A DNA stretch of 64,000 nucleotides from a virus. Positions 9,590 through 19,389 of the stretch are shown in pieces. The DNA lies in the IMG/VR virus record IMGVR_UViG_3300042945_001784, positions 1 through 64,000 of that record. One strand, written 5' to 3'. The notes beneath the pieces are model-generated. The model saw only the letters and a list, made by a program, of their open reading frames with translations. It had not been told where the DNA came from and made no database searches. Numbering within the stretch: the first letter of the stretch is position 1; each line of letters starts with the position of its first letter. Position numbers and translations under genes: made by a program.

Positions 9590-11615
9590 GTGTACAACAT
9601 CTGGAATGCAGCACTCTATGAAATAACTAACATCCTCATTGATTACAACAGAAAATTAGAACTTAACCCATGGATCAAAGCAATCCGTCTTCATTGCTTC
9701 CCAGACTGGGTAGCATGGAAGACCGAGCGCACCATGGGTCGAGTCGATCAACAAATTGAGCAGCTCCAAAAGGAGATGCAGATTGAACACGATAAGAAAT
9801 ATGTAACACCAATCATCAAAGAGCACAAGCCTGATCAGTCCAAGGCTCAGCAGCTTCTGGGTGGTACCCTACAGATCACAGCTCCCTGGTACAAACCAGA
9901 GGACAAAAACTAATTGCGTGTACACTGCAGTGAACCTACACACTGTTTACGTTAGAACCATGAAGATGCGGCAGTCTCCAGCTGATCAGAAACAGAATCA
10001 ATTCATTGAAGCATTACAGAGTGTTCATACAAAACTTACGAACCTTCTTGAGGATCCTCTCTTTATTGATAGTATTCATGGCGAACAAGAAATGGGTCTC
10101 GACCTTGCTCTTGAACTTATTGATAACATCATCGCTCGGATTGACCCCAAAGACACCAGCTCTCAAGCCGAGCTGATGGATCGCCTAGAGCTGACTGCTG
10201 TAGATGCAGACTGAGATTCATCAGACTCATCACACTGTATAACAAGAGTCATCTGCTCCTAGCCAGTGCTCCTAACCTATTCATGCCGTGGTCCACCTCC
10301 TATTGGTTGTTGGATCACGGCTTCTTTTTGCACACCATCCAATGTTCTCACCAGCAGAATACCTAACAAACCTCAGACAGATCAGTCTGCTCAATGGTTT
10401 GGTTACCCCACAGGGACAACTCCCTTCCATTCCATCCATCCCTAAGATCCAATCGGCGCCAGCAGGAATTCCTGTTGTAGCAACTGTTCCAACAGCACCT
10501 GAATGTCACGACATCATCAGTGCTGTTGCATGTTCCCCTTTAGCAATCAATCTGGCAGGACTTTTTGCAGCTGGATTGATTATCACCGTATTCATCAAGA
10601 AGTACGGACCTTCTATCCTTGCTTGGTTTCGCGACAAGATGCCACGCTTTCTTGCTTCTATCCGTAGCAAGATCAGTAAGCAACGCACCGTCCTGCTACT
10701 CCCTGCATCTCAAGCCGTGGTGATGGGCTGATGTATCGCACAAAAGCACATCACTTTTACAAAGGGAACCAGAAGTTCGCCAGAACAAAACAGTTCTGGA
10801 CTGTTTGGCGCAAGATCAGGATGGTCATTGGCATCATCTACGACAGTTGCTCCGTCATCTTGGTACTCATGAGTCTCGACAAGGTGTACAAATTCAAGAG
10901 CTGGCGGGTTGTTAAACCTTGGCAGGTCGCTACCCTTGTCGAACGCATTCCCAAGTTGTTCCGTACCCTCAGACATCACTTCACTTATGGGATCTAGCCG
11001 ACTCCAGTAGTCACAAAATAATAAGCAAAACTTAAGGTTCACTCAAGGTTTTCTTATCCATCCATTGCTACGCTGGTTTGCCTACAAACCCTGTCGTAGC
11101 AATGGATTTCAGTCTTACAAGACACTGCACTTGGATAGGTTTGTGCCCCTCATAATTAATTACCGGATGGAAAATATCTCCCATGGAATCCAATATGTCG
11201 CCAGCTGAAAAACTTGCCTGGGCAATCCTTGCTCAACGTCCTGACGGCAAGAGTGAAGTCATCAAAATTACCAATCACATTGAAGCTGACCAAGCTGTGA
11301 AGGAGAACCCAACTCTCTACTTCAAGAGCGGCCCGTTCGTGCTACCTTAAGTTCACTCCAGGGCACATCCTCGTCACTGTGTCCTGGGGAACCTTCTTCA
11401 TCTCAATGAAACTTCCTGTGACTGCTTACATCGTCATGATCCATCATGCAGATGTAGGTACCTTTGCTCCAGCCTTTCCCAATCTTGATGATGCCATTGA
11501 GTTTTCCAACGCAATGCGTCTCATCAACGACAATCTTGCTGTAGCAGAACCAGTTCCTCTGGTTTCTACGGCGTCGCCAGGTGGAAGCAAAGTATTAGAC
11601 TGGGTTGAGCACTGA
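9590..11615 (+). other. Small hypothetical CDS cluster (9590-9913, 9960-10214, 10342-10731, 10731-10997, 11406-11615)
   Basis: ORF track; 10342 has a predicted TM segment and a TGCACAC box. Confidence 0.6.
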
Positions 11616-11677
11616 CCCTCATTAAATAGAACAATAAGAACCTGTGTTATCTTGTATCGAGGTAACACAGATTTTTT

Positions 11678-11926
11678 ATGGCCGTTGTTCTGTCCGTTAG
11701 CATCCCAGATGAGATGCACGCCAGGTGGAAATCATCTAACTTTGATATCAGTCCTAGTGCAATCTTTCAAAATGCATTGGAATCACAACTGACTGAAACA
11801 AATCAGCATCTAACCTACTGGAGCAATCGTGCTCTGTCTGCAGAAAAGAAACTGAAGACTATCGAGAAGTTACTCTCTGCCAGTGAGAAGGAGATTAAGA
11901 AATTCCTTTACTTTGAAGACATGTGA
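11678..11926 (+). CDS. Ribbon-helix-helix-like DNA-binding protein
   Basis: VVLSVSIPDEMHARWK...ISPSAIFQNAL pattern followed by a coiled coil. Confidence 0.5.
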   Translation: MAVVLSVSIPDEMHARWKSSNFDISPSAIFQNALESQLTETNQHLTYWSNRALSAEKKLKTIEKLLSASEKEIKKFLYFEDM

Positions 11927-11991
11927 TCTTCCTAACAATTAGTTAGTAACCTGTTCGGTAGACTACAATTAACAAATGCATCTGCATTTCC

Positions 11992-12174
11992 ATGCCTGAC
12001 AGAGGTTACCTTTTCTTAAGCGATGATCAACGTCTTGACATTGCCAGCTTACTAACAACGCTCAAAGGGCTTGGCATTGTACGAGATGAAACAGATTTTC
12101 AAAGATTTGTAGCTGGTTGTTTCTATCGTGGTCTCTATGATTACAAAAGAGATTTAACTCGCAGCGACTGCTGA
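11992..12174 (+). CDS. Hypothetical protein
   Basis: 60-aa ORF. Confidence 0.55.
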   Translation: MPDRGYLFLSDDQRLDIASLLTTLKGLGIVRDETDFQRFVAGCFYRGLYDYKRDLTRSDC

Positions 12175-12539
12175 ACAACGAACCAAGAGAATCATTAAGA
12201 CAATATAAATAACTTAATAAATAATTAAATCTATTTGAACAGGCTACCAGTACTGCTGCGTAGCTTCATTTTATTTTGCAGATAAATCAAGAAAAGGTTC
12301 TCTTGGAGAACGGCCCACCGCCACGTAAGAATATAGATATATACAACATAGAACTAAACCTAAATAGATACATATGTACCATCCCATAGATAAAAAAATG
12401 GACCGGGCACCACCCCAGTCCACTCCCTTTGCTTTGCACACACAAACTTCAGATTCCCTTTCTGAAGCTGCATTGCCAGTCTAGACAACAGTCGCTAGTA
12501 TTTGCAAGCAAACGGCGCAACCTCATTTGCACACCCGCC

Positions 12540-12980
12540 ATGCCTCCCTTTAATTTCCAACCTGTTCAACTGCTAGAGTTGTCCGATGCTGACTCTCCAA
12601 GCATTGATGTTCAAGACGGACAGATCATTCTGACTGCACAACGTGGTCAAGAACGGATCCGTATTACTGCTCCCTTAAAGCAGGTTCTGCCTCAGGTCAA
12701 GGCAACAACTGTTACTAAGCCACAACGTAAGATCACTAGCCCTCTACGTGGTCGGCACCTTCCTGGTGGCGATAAGCGTGTTGGTGAGCTGAACGGGATG
12801 GCTAAGCTGACAGAAGATACTGTCCGTGAAATTCGGTTATTTCTGTCAGATAAGAAATTTATCAATAGCTTTCACAGCACTCAAGCTATGTACGAAGAAC
12901 TGTCCAAAGCTTATAACGTTCACTTCGCTACAATCCGTAGCGTTGCTCGTAACGAAAGCTGGAAGCATGTAAAGATCTGA
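12540..12980 (+). CDS. DNA-binding protein with HNH-associated HTH tail
   Basis: GELNGMAKLTEDTVREIR...YNVHFATIRSVARNESWKHV. Confidence 0.7.
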   Translation: MPPFNFQPVQLLELSDADSPSIDVQDGQIILTAQRGQERIRITAPLKQVLPQVKATTVTKPQRKITSPLRGRHLPGGDKRVGELNGMAKLTEDTVREIRLFLSDKKFINSFHSTQAMYEELSKAYNVHFATIRSVARNESWKHVKI

Positions 12981-13372
12981 TGGAAAAGACTTACAGCATC
13001 TTGATCCAGTTTGGTGATGGAAAGCCTGTAGCTTCTAAGATCAGAGCAAAGGATGGAGTCGATGCTCAGGACAAAGCACTACGCTTAAACCCTGGTGCAC
13101 GCTCCATCCGCATCACTGGTGTCTTAGAGGTTCATCTTCCAAAGCTGAAGCCTCTTCCTAAACCAAAACCAAAGGCAACTGTTCATCCACTCTTTACAGA
13201 TGTTGATGATGCAGTTGTTAGTAATTACGTCAAGAACACTTCTCCTGACGTTCGATTACAAATCTGTCACCAGCTGCGAAAGGAAGGTCTAACTTATAGG
13301 GCCATTGCCAAACAGTTGGATATGGGTGAGACAACAGTTCGCACCTGGCTCAAAAACACACTGCCCTCCTAG
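12980..13372 (+). CDS. Helix-turn-helix protein
   Basis: LRKEGLTYRAIAKQLDMGETTVRTWL. Confidence 0.8.
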   Translation: MEKTYSILIQFGDGKPVASKIRAKDGVDAQDKALRLNPGARSIRITGVLEVHLPKLKPLPKPKPKATVHPLFTDVDDAVVSNYVKNTSPDVRLQICHQLRKEGLTYRAIAKQLDMGETTVRTWLKNTLPS

Positions 13373-13385
13373 TGAGGGCTTTTTC
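13363..13385 (+). terminator. Rho-independent terminator
   Basis: GCCCTC-CTAGT-GAGGGC-TTTTT. Confidence 0.6.
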
Positions 13386-13402
13386 TTTGCACGTTTTGCA
13401 CC

Positions 13403-14962
13403 ATGGAATTCCGTCTTCCTGAACAACTGGCAAACAAACTGGTTGATTACGACCAGACTCTTAAACAAATCAAACCCAAGAAAGAACCAAGGGAAGCTGG
13501 CGCCAGACTTAAGCGGAAAACAAAGTTAGCTTTCCCTTGCCCTGACATCTTTTTTGATCTGACAGTAGAAAAAATCCACGAGATCTATGAAGAGCTTTGT
13601 TTCCGATCAGCTTCTTCACGTTATTACGTAGTTGACGTTCGTTATTTGATTGCATGGGATAAATGTTTACAAAGTAAAACAGAACATTGGTATTGCTGGA
13701 CGATTGGTAATAAAGAATGTCCAATCATTCTTAGACATTGGTACGAGTCTCTTGATGATACTGAGTACAAAGAGTTTCGTGCAGATACATCTTTAAAAGA
13801 TTTAAAGATTGCAAAAGGAAATCCATTCACTATACGCTACAAAGTAGAACGAGAACGTTTTGAAGCGTTTGATTCTTTCATCAGATCAGTTAATGCTCAA
13901 CTTGAATTGCCACATCCTCCTGAGCGTTCTGGTATACGCACACAGCTAGGACTTTATGCTGCAAGTAAGTTCTTCTATCAACAACACTTTAATGTTAAGG
14001 ATAAGGAATCTTTTTATCCTGCTGAATGGTTGGCTAATCAAAAGCTTTATACGCTAACAGAAGACTCTTTTAATCTCAAAACTAACAGCACCATTATCAA
14101 TAGTAAATTTTATCAAAACGAAGTTAGAAAAGAAGCGGAAACTTTAAAGCAAAACATCTTAACTGAGCCTGTACATACTGAACGTATGTTGCACAAGCTT
14201 AGCTATATCTATCTTTTTCTTACTGTATTCCCTGATGAATACGATCGTTCTATTCATCTTTATAATCAGTTTGCTGAGTATAAATTCTCTACTCACTGGT
14301 CAACATGGGGAGTATTCTACAAGCTTGAGTATGTAAGGCCAGGCTTTAAAGGAGAATTTATGGAGTGGTTACGCTCTAAAATTACTCCACAGATGTTTGC
14401 TAACTGGATTTTAGAAGAGATTGAAATTAAACAAAAGCGTGATTACGATACAACCATTCGTGACACGATGGATATGTTAATGCAAGTCAGACGATATATT
14501 GATAATTGTGTAACTCCTAATCCTGAATACTTAAAAGAACCTAAGCGTTGGCGTCTTCAAGAAGTTCATGATCATTATGTTGGTATTACTCTTCAACTGG
14601 ATAACCAACTGAAGAACTTACCTATGGATTTGATTCCGTCTCCAGTTACTTTTGAAACTGAAGTTGGAACCATTCATATGTTCCAGCCTTCTACCAACCA
14701 CGAAGTCATCCGCTGGGGCAAGGCAGTCCGTAATTGCGTTGGTTCAGCTGGCTATGACGACCGTGTGCTTCAGCACAAAGCCTTCCTGGTCTTTGCTGAA
14801 CGTAACGGGAAGCCCTGGCTGACCTCTCTGCTGACCCTGAACATGGGGATGCTCCACGTTGGTCAGACTGTCTCACCGTTTAATGCCAACCTAGAACCTG
14901 GTGAGCGCCAGGTGTATGAGCGGTGTTTACAGCAAGCACTTGGTATTACTGATCAACAGTAA
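13403..14962 (+). CDS. PcfJ-like domain protein
   Basis: C-terminal LQEVHD...P...EVIRWGKAVRNCVGS pattern. Confidence 0.65.
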   Translation: MEFRLPEQLANKLVDYDQTLKQIKPKKEPREAGARLKRKTKLAFPCPDIFFDLTVEKIHEIYEELCFRSASSRYYVVDVRYLIAWDKCLQSKTEHWYCWTIGNKECPIILRHWYESLDDTEYKEFRADTSLKDLKIAKGNPFTIRYKVERERFEAFDSFIRSVNAQLELPHPPERSGIRTQLGLYAASKFFYQQHFNVKDKESFYPAEWLANQKLYTLTEDSFNLKTNSTIINSKFYQNEVRKEAETLKQNILTEPVHTERMLHKLSYIYLFLTVFPDEYDRSIHLYNQFAEYKFSTHWSTWGVFYKLEYVRPGFKGEFMEWLRSKITPQMFANWILEEIEIKQKRDYDTTIRDTMDMLMQVRRYIDNCVTPNPEYLKEPKRWRLQEVHDHYVGITLQLDNQLKNLPMDLIPSPVTFETEVGTIHMFQPSTNHEVIRWGKAVRNCVGSAGYDDRVLQHKAFLVFAERNGKPWLTSLLTLNMGMLHVGQTVSPFNANLEPGERQVYERCLQQALGITDQQ

Positions 14963-14986
14963 GATAAAGCAACACTAGTTGTTGCT

Positions 14987-15208
14987 ATGGACATTTCATC
15001 TGATGCTGGTCTCACCGTTACCTTTGACGAGGAGACCAGCACCTTTTCTTTTGAGTGGGATGAAGAGACTCATCCTGAGTACAACTTTATTAAAGATTTC
15101 ACCGACGAAACTTTTGCTACCATGATGCGCGAGTACATCGAGAGCTTGGATCTCTTTCCCAATGACGAGGAAGCCAGCGACGATTCAACCGAAGTTCCAG
15201 CCAGGTGA
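14987..15208 (+). CDS. Small acidic protein
   Basis: 22 of 73 residues are D/E, 3 are K/R. Confidence 0.7.
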   Translation: MDISSDAGLTVTFDEETSTFSFEWDEETHPEYNFIKDFTDETFATMMREYIESLDLFPNDEEASDDSTEVPAR

Positions 15209-15482
15209 TCGGGTAGCAGAGCGCCCGAAAGCATCTCTAATCTCTGCTATCCGCAAGGAAGCACGAGAGATTGTTAAAAAGTACACAAGCCATCGCCGTG
15301 GTGTTGTGGTTGGCAACACCATCAAAGTACTGACTTCAAGCAATGGTCGCACCAGCAGGGTTTGCTACGTCAGTATTCTTTGGGACGGATTAAAAACTCC
15401 TTCTCAACATTCACAAATGCGTATCTGTTTAGAAGAAGAATTTGATAAGATCCGTCAAGATCATTACGCATTAACTGAGTAA
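15162..15482 (+). CDS. Hypothetical SH3/Tudor-like protein
   Basis: KFQPGDRV...RGVVVG...VSILWDG. Confidence 0.6.
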   Translation: MTRKPATIQPKFQPGDRVAERPKASLISAIRKEAREIVKKYTSHRRGVVVGNTIKVLTSSNGRTSRVCYVSILWDGLKTPSQHSQMRICLEEEFDKIRQDHYALTE

Positions 15483-15542
15483 CGTTATCTGCTACTGGAT
15501 TCAGCAGTCCCCGTTGTATAGTGGTAGAAAGACTGGTTGAAT

Positions 15543-15749
15543 ATGGCAGCTTTTAACAACATGCCAAACACAGTTAATGTAATCCAGGGACTTCTTGTTC
15601 CTGCACATGATTACGTTAGCTTGTCATATACAAGTGGCAACGTAACTGGTATTACCTATAAAGAGGGTGGCTCCAGTGGTATTACGGTTGCTACTTTGAC
15701 TTTAACCTATGATGGTCTGAACAATCTTCTTACTATTACTAGGAGTTGA
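15543..15749 (+). CDS. Small virion/tail-associated protein
   Basis: Thr/Gly-rich beta pattern HDYVSLSYTSGNVTGITYK...LTLTYDG. Confidence 0.6.
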   Translation: MAAFNNMPNTVNVIQGLLVPAHDYVSLSYTSGNVTGITYKEGGSSGITVATLTLTYDGLNNLLTITRS

Positions 15750-16222
15750 TTGTGGCTTATCAGTATAATCCTTTCACTGGTAACTTAGATATTGTTTCAA
15801 CCGGAGGCGGTGGAGGAGGTAGCGTCACGATTGCTGCTTCTGCTGCTGATGTGCTTGATGCAAGCTCTAACATCATCGGTGCTGACGATGCAGGTTCTGA
15901 CAAGATTGTCTTTTGGGATGATAGTGCCAGCAAACTAACTTATCTTACGGTAAGCACAGGTTTAACTATCAGTGGCACTACCTTAACTTCTGAAGTAACA
16001 TCTGCTGCTGTTTCAATTGCAGATATTATTTCTGTTAGCTCAGGTACTATCAGTGCTGACGATGCAGGCTCTGATAAAATAGTGTTTTGGGATGATAGTG
16101 ATAGCAAGCTGACATACTTAACTGTTGGCTCTGGTCTATCAATTTCTGGCACCACAATCACAGCTACTGGTGGCGGTGGTAGCGTTACTGTTGACCCTGT
16201 TATTGCTGGAATGATCTTCTAA
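15746..16222 (+). CDS. Tail fibre segment with internal tandem repeat
   Basis: YNPFTGNLD start; two copies of ADDAGSDKIVFWDDS.SKLTYLTV..GL.ISGTT. Confidence 0.7.
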   Translation: MIVAYQYNPFTGNLDIVSTGGGGGGSVTIAASAADVLDASSNIIGADDAGSDKIVFWDDSASKLTYLTVSTGLTISGTTLTSEVTSAAVSIADIISVSSGTISADDAGSDKIVFWDDSDSKLTYLTVGSGLSISGTTITATGGGGSVTVDPVIAGMIF

Positions 16223-16581
16223 TGGCTGCACCTAATTTAAAATCTCCTACAACAATCACAGGTAAGACAGCTCGCTATGCTGTTACAACCACCTTAGCTG
16301 CAGCACTAAGTAACGCTGCTGCAAGCAATAAAGTATTAAAGATCAATAGTATTTTTTGCGCCAACGTAGATGGTGTAAATGCTGCTGATATTAGTCTTTC
16401 TATTTTTGATGGTACTACAGATCGTTATATTGCTTTTACAATTGCTGTAGCACCTGATAGTACACAAGTTCTCAGCACAAAAGAAACTTATTTCTATCTT
16501 GAAGAAGGAGATAGTCTTCGTGCACAAGCTAGTGCAAATAGTGATTTAGTTCTTGTTATCGGTTACGAGGATATTAGCTGA
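16222..16581 (+). CDS. Tail fibre adaptor-like protein
   Basis: Similar to 57278..57619 (...YLEEGDSLRAQAS vs ...IVEASDTLRARCN). Confidence 0.65.
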   Translation: MAAPNLKSPTTITGKTARYAVTTTLAAALSNAAASNKVLKINSIFCANVDGVNAADISLSIFDGTTDRYIAFTIAVAPDSTQVLSTKETYFYLEEGDSLRAQASANSDLVLVIGYEDIS

Positions 16582-18233
16582 TGAGACTCGGAGTTATTGG
16601 CGGCACAGACAGCAAACGAGCATCAGGAGTTTATCAAGCTGATGACATAGTAGCGTTGCAAGATGCCAAAAAGTACGTAAGCCGCTTTGGTTACGACAAT
16701 GTGTTCAACGCGCTGGCAAGTTCTGGTATTGAAAACGGTTTCGATGTCAGTCGTGATGGCCGGTATGTCTATGTATCCGTAACTGGAACTAGAACAACAG
16801 CCATCATATTTCAATACGAATGTTCGACGCCTTGGGATCTTTCAACCATCACCTATTCAGGTAAAAGCCTGGTAGTTGGTGATTGGGACCTTAACTGTAA
16901 TGGACTTGCAATTAGCAACGATGGCACCCGTCTGTGGTTTACTGGACGGGCTGGTGCTACCGTCTGGTCGTGTACGTTATCTACGCCTTATGACCTTGCT
17001 ACGGCCACGGTTGATGTAAAGAGGGTTTACATTGGCACGCAAGATCTATCGTCAGAGGGTTTCGTCTTTGGTGACAGTGGCACCAAGATGTACGTTTTAG
17101 GTAACACCAGTAGGATAGTGTATCAATACACACTGAGCACTGCGTGGGATGTCAGCACAGCTACTTATTCCACTAAGAGCTTTAGTGTAAACACTCAAGA
17201 TACCAACGCACAGGGCATTTTCTTCAAGAGTGATGGCTTGACTTTTTACATGGTCGGAGCAACTACCGACACGGTGTATCAATACACGTTAAGTACCGCT
17301 TGGGACATTGCTACTGCAAGTTATGCCAGTAAAAGCAAAGCAGTTGGCACAGAAGAAATAAACCCTAGTGATGTGTTCTTTAAGCCTGACGGCCTCAAGA
17401 TGTACGTCATAGGATCAACAGGTGACGATGTTAATGAGTATGACCTAAGCACGGCATGGGATGTCAGCACCGCTACATTCTTGCGTGTCTCTGCCACTGT
17501 AGGAGAGACTGCACCGAGTGGCTTGTGGTTCAAGGACGACGGCACCAAGATGTACGTTATAGGTCAAGCCAATGATGCCGTGCGTGAGTTCACGCTGTCT
17601 ACTGCCTGGAACGTGTCAACAATTTCTTTTTCTAAGTCACTCTCGATTGGTTTTGAGACTGCTCCAACGGGCGTCACGTTCAAAGACGATGGCACTGAGA
17701 TTTATGTCCTAGGTCGCACCAATGACTGTGTTTATGAAATTCAGTTAGGTACAGCTTGGGATACTGGCACCGCAAAAGGTTTTACTTATGTTGGCGGTAC
17801 TGAAACTACACCAAGAGGTCTTCATATTAACAGCGACGGCACACTTTTGTTTTTAACTGGCGGCAGTAATAGCGTCCGCAAATACACGTTATCAACCGCC
17901 TATGAATTAGGCACGGCAACGTTATCCCAAAGTTTTTCAGTTACTGGAAGTTATGGCATTCATGTAACTGCAGATGGATTGCGGATTTATGTGACACTAG
18001 ATAGCAATGCAGCAAACCCTGCGGGCGGCAGGCAAGTTCGACAAATTACGCTTACATCTCCGAACGATTTAACGACAGCAACACTTAGTACAGTTGAGTT
18101 AATTCCTTTGCTTGGATTAACTGGAACAGCAAGCACTCCATGGGGCGTCCGCGTTTCTCCTGACGGCACTCGCATGTTTGTGTTATCTGACAGCACTCAA
18201 GGTATGTACCAATTCTCGTTGAGGTTTGCATGA
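16581..18233 (+). CDS. Beta-propeller repeat protein, putative receptor-binding
   Basis: About ten repeats of roughly 49 aa: FK.DGTKMYV.G...D.VYQY.LSTAWDVSTA. Confidence 0.8.
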   Translation: MRLGVIGGTDSKRASGVYQADDIVALQDAKKYVSRFGYDNVFNALASSGIENGFDVSRDGRYVYVSVTGTRTTAIIFQYECSTPWDLSTITYSGKSLVVGDWDLNCNGLAISNDGTRLWFTGRAGATVWSCTLSTPYDLATATVDVKRVYIGTQDLSSEGFVFGDSGTKMYVLGNTSRIVYQYTLSTAWDVSTATYSTKSFSVNTQDTNAQGIFFKSDGLTFYMVGATTDTVYQYTLSTAWDIATASYASKSKAVGTEEINPSDVFFKPDGLKMYVIGSTGDDVNEYDLSTAWDVSTATFLRVSATVGETAPSGLWFKDDGTKMYVIGQANDAVREFTLSTAWNVSTISFSKSLSIGFETAPTGVTFKDDGTEIYVLGRTNDCVYEIQLGTAWDTGTAKGFTYVGGTETTPRGLHINSDGTLLFLTGGSNSVRKYTLSTAYELGTATLSQSFSVTGSYGIHVTADGLRIYVTLDSNAANPAGGRQVRQITLTSPNDLTTATLSTVELIPLLGLTGTASTPWGVRVSPDGTRMFVLSDSTQGMYQFSLRFA

Positions 18234-18481
18234 TGCTCTACTCTTACCATACCTGTTGGCCCCAGGTTTTACCTTTTCGTATCCGTTTAAGCGATGGTTC
18301 TACACGTACAGATCCATCTACATTTACAGCAGAAGAAATTGCAGATGCTGGATACACTGGTCCGTACGTTGAACCTGCTTACAACCCTGAAACAGAAGTT
18401 TTAAACTGGGATCCTTATACTCTTACTTTTTATATCACTCCGAAACCACCGGAACCACCTGTTGATCCCATAAGTGAGTGA
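18230..18481 (+). CDS. Tail fibre-associated small protein
   Basis: LPFRIRLSDGSTRTDPSTFTAEEIADAGY...PAYNPETEVLNW, chaperone-like position after the fibre gene. Confidence 0.6.
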   Translation: MMLYSYHTCWPQVLPFRIRLSDGSTRTDPSTFTAEEIADAGYTGPYVEPAYNPETEVLNWDPYTLTFYITPKPPEPPVDPISE

Positions 18482-18646
18482 CAAGATTCAGGCTACAGGA
18501 GCTTTTGATCCTTTAGTAGATGAATACTCATTCTCTATCTGTAGTGGTTCTCTTGTCGTTACGTTTGATTTCTTAAAAAAGGATGACATTGAACATTTAG
18601 TTTCGTGTCTTTCTTGTATGCTGGTTGACGACGAATCAGCCAACCG

Positions 18647-19300
18647 ATGAGCATTGTTGAACTTGTTTGGGCAACGCCAGATGCCGAAGCACTGATCACA
18701 AAGATGGCTCGCGTTTCAGCGCCAGCCAATGAGAACAACATGGAGACTGCTCCTAAGTTGCTCCATTATCTAATTAAACATGCTCACTGGTCGCCATTTG
18801 AAATGGCAAACATGTGCGTAGAGATTCACACAACGCGTGCAATCTCAGCGCAGATCATCCGTCACCGTTCGTTTTCCTTCCAGGAATTCAGTCAACGCTA
18901 CGCAGACATCAACCTGTTAGGTTCAACTTATGTGCCGCACCTGCGTCGCCAGGATACAAAGAACAGACAGAATTCTGTTGATGATCTTGATGCGGAGATG
19001 ACCGGTCAGTATTACCGGCGCATCAGTACTCTTTTTGAAGAAGCTGAACATCTGTATAAAGAGATGGTGAGTTCAGGTGTCGCAAAAGAATGTGCACGTA
19101 ACATTCTTCCGCTTGCTTCTCCAACCCGTATCTATATGAATGGGTCCTTGCGTTCATGGATTACTTACATTGCTCTCCGTGAAAAGCACGGTACACAAAT
19201 GGAACACATGCAGATTGCAAAGGACGCTAAGAAAATTTTCTGTGGTCAGTTTCCTACGATTGCAGAAGCTCTTGGCGGCACTGAAGAATGGACAATCTAA
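18647..19300 (+). CDS. thyX: FAD-dependent thymidylate synthase
   Basis: HWSPFE, QIIRHRSFSFQEFSQRY, ECARNILP motifs. Confidence 0.97.
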   Translation: MSIVELVWATPDAEALITKMARVSAPANENNMETAPKLLHYLIKHAHWSPFEMANMCVEIHTTRAISAQIIRHRSFSFQEFSQRYADINLLGSTYVPHLRRQDTKNRQNSVDDLDAEMTGQYYRRISTLFEEAEHLYKEMVSSGVAKECARNILPLASPTRIYMNGSLRSWITYIALREKHGTQMEHMQIAKDAKKIFCGQFPTIAEALGGTEEWTI

Positions 19301-19389
19301 AGAATAAAGTATAAACAATTAGTAACACTTAATTTCCTGGGCATCCTTTGGAGTAAGTCCCAGGCTTTGTTGTATTTGCACACACCACG

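Noticed and set aside
16581-18233. DNA repeats in the propeller gene as a mobile or regulatory array
   Set aside because: They are explained by tandem protein repeats with synonymous divergence.
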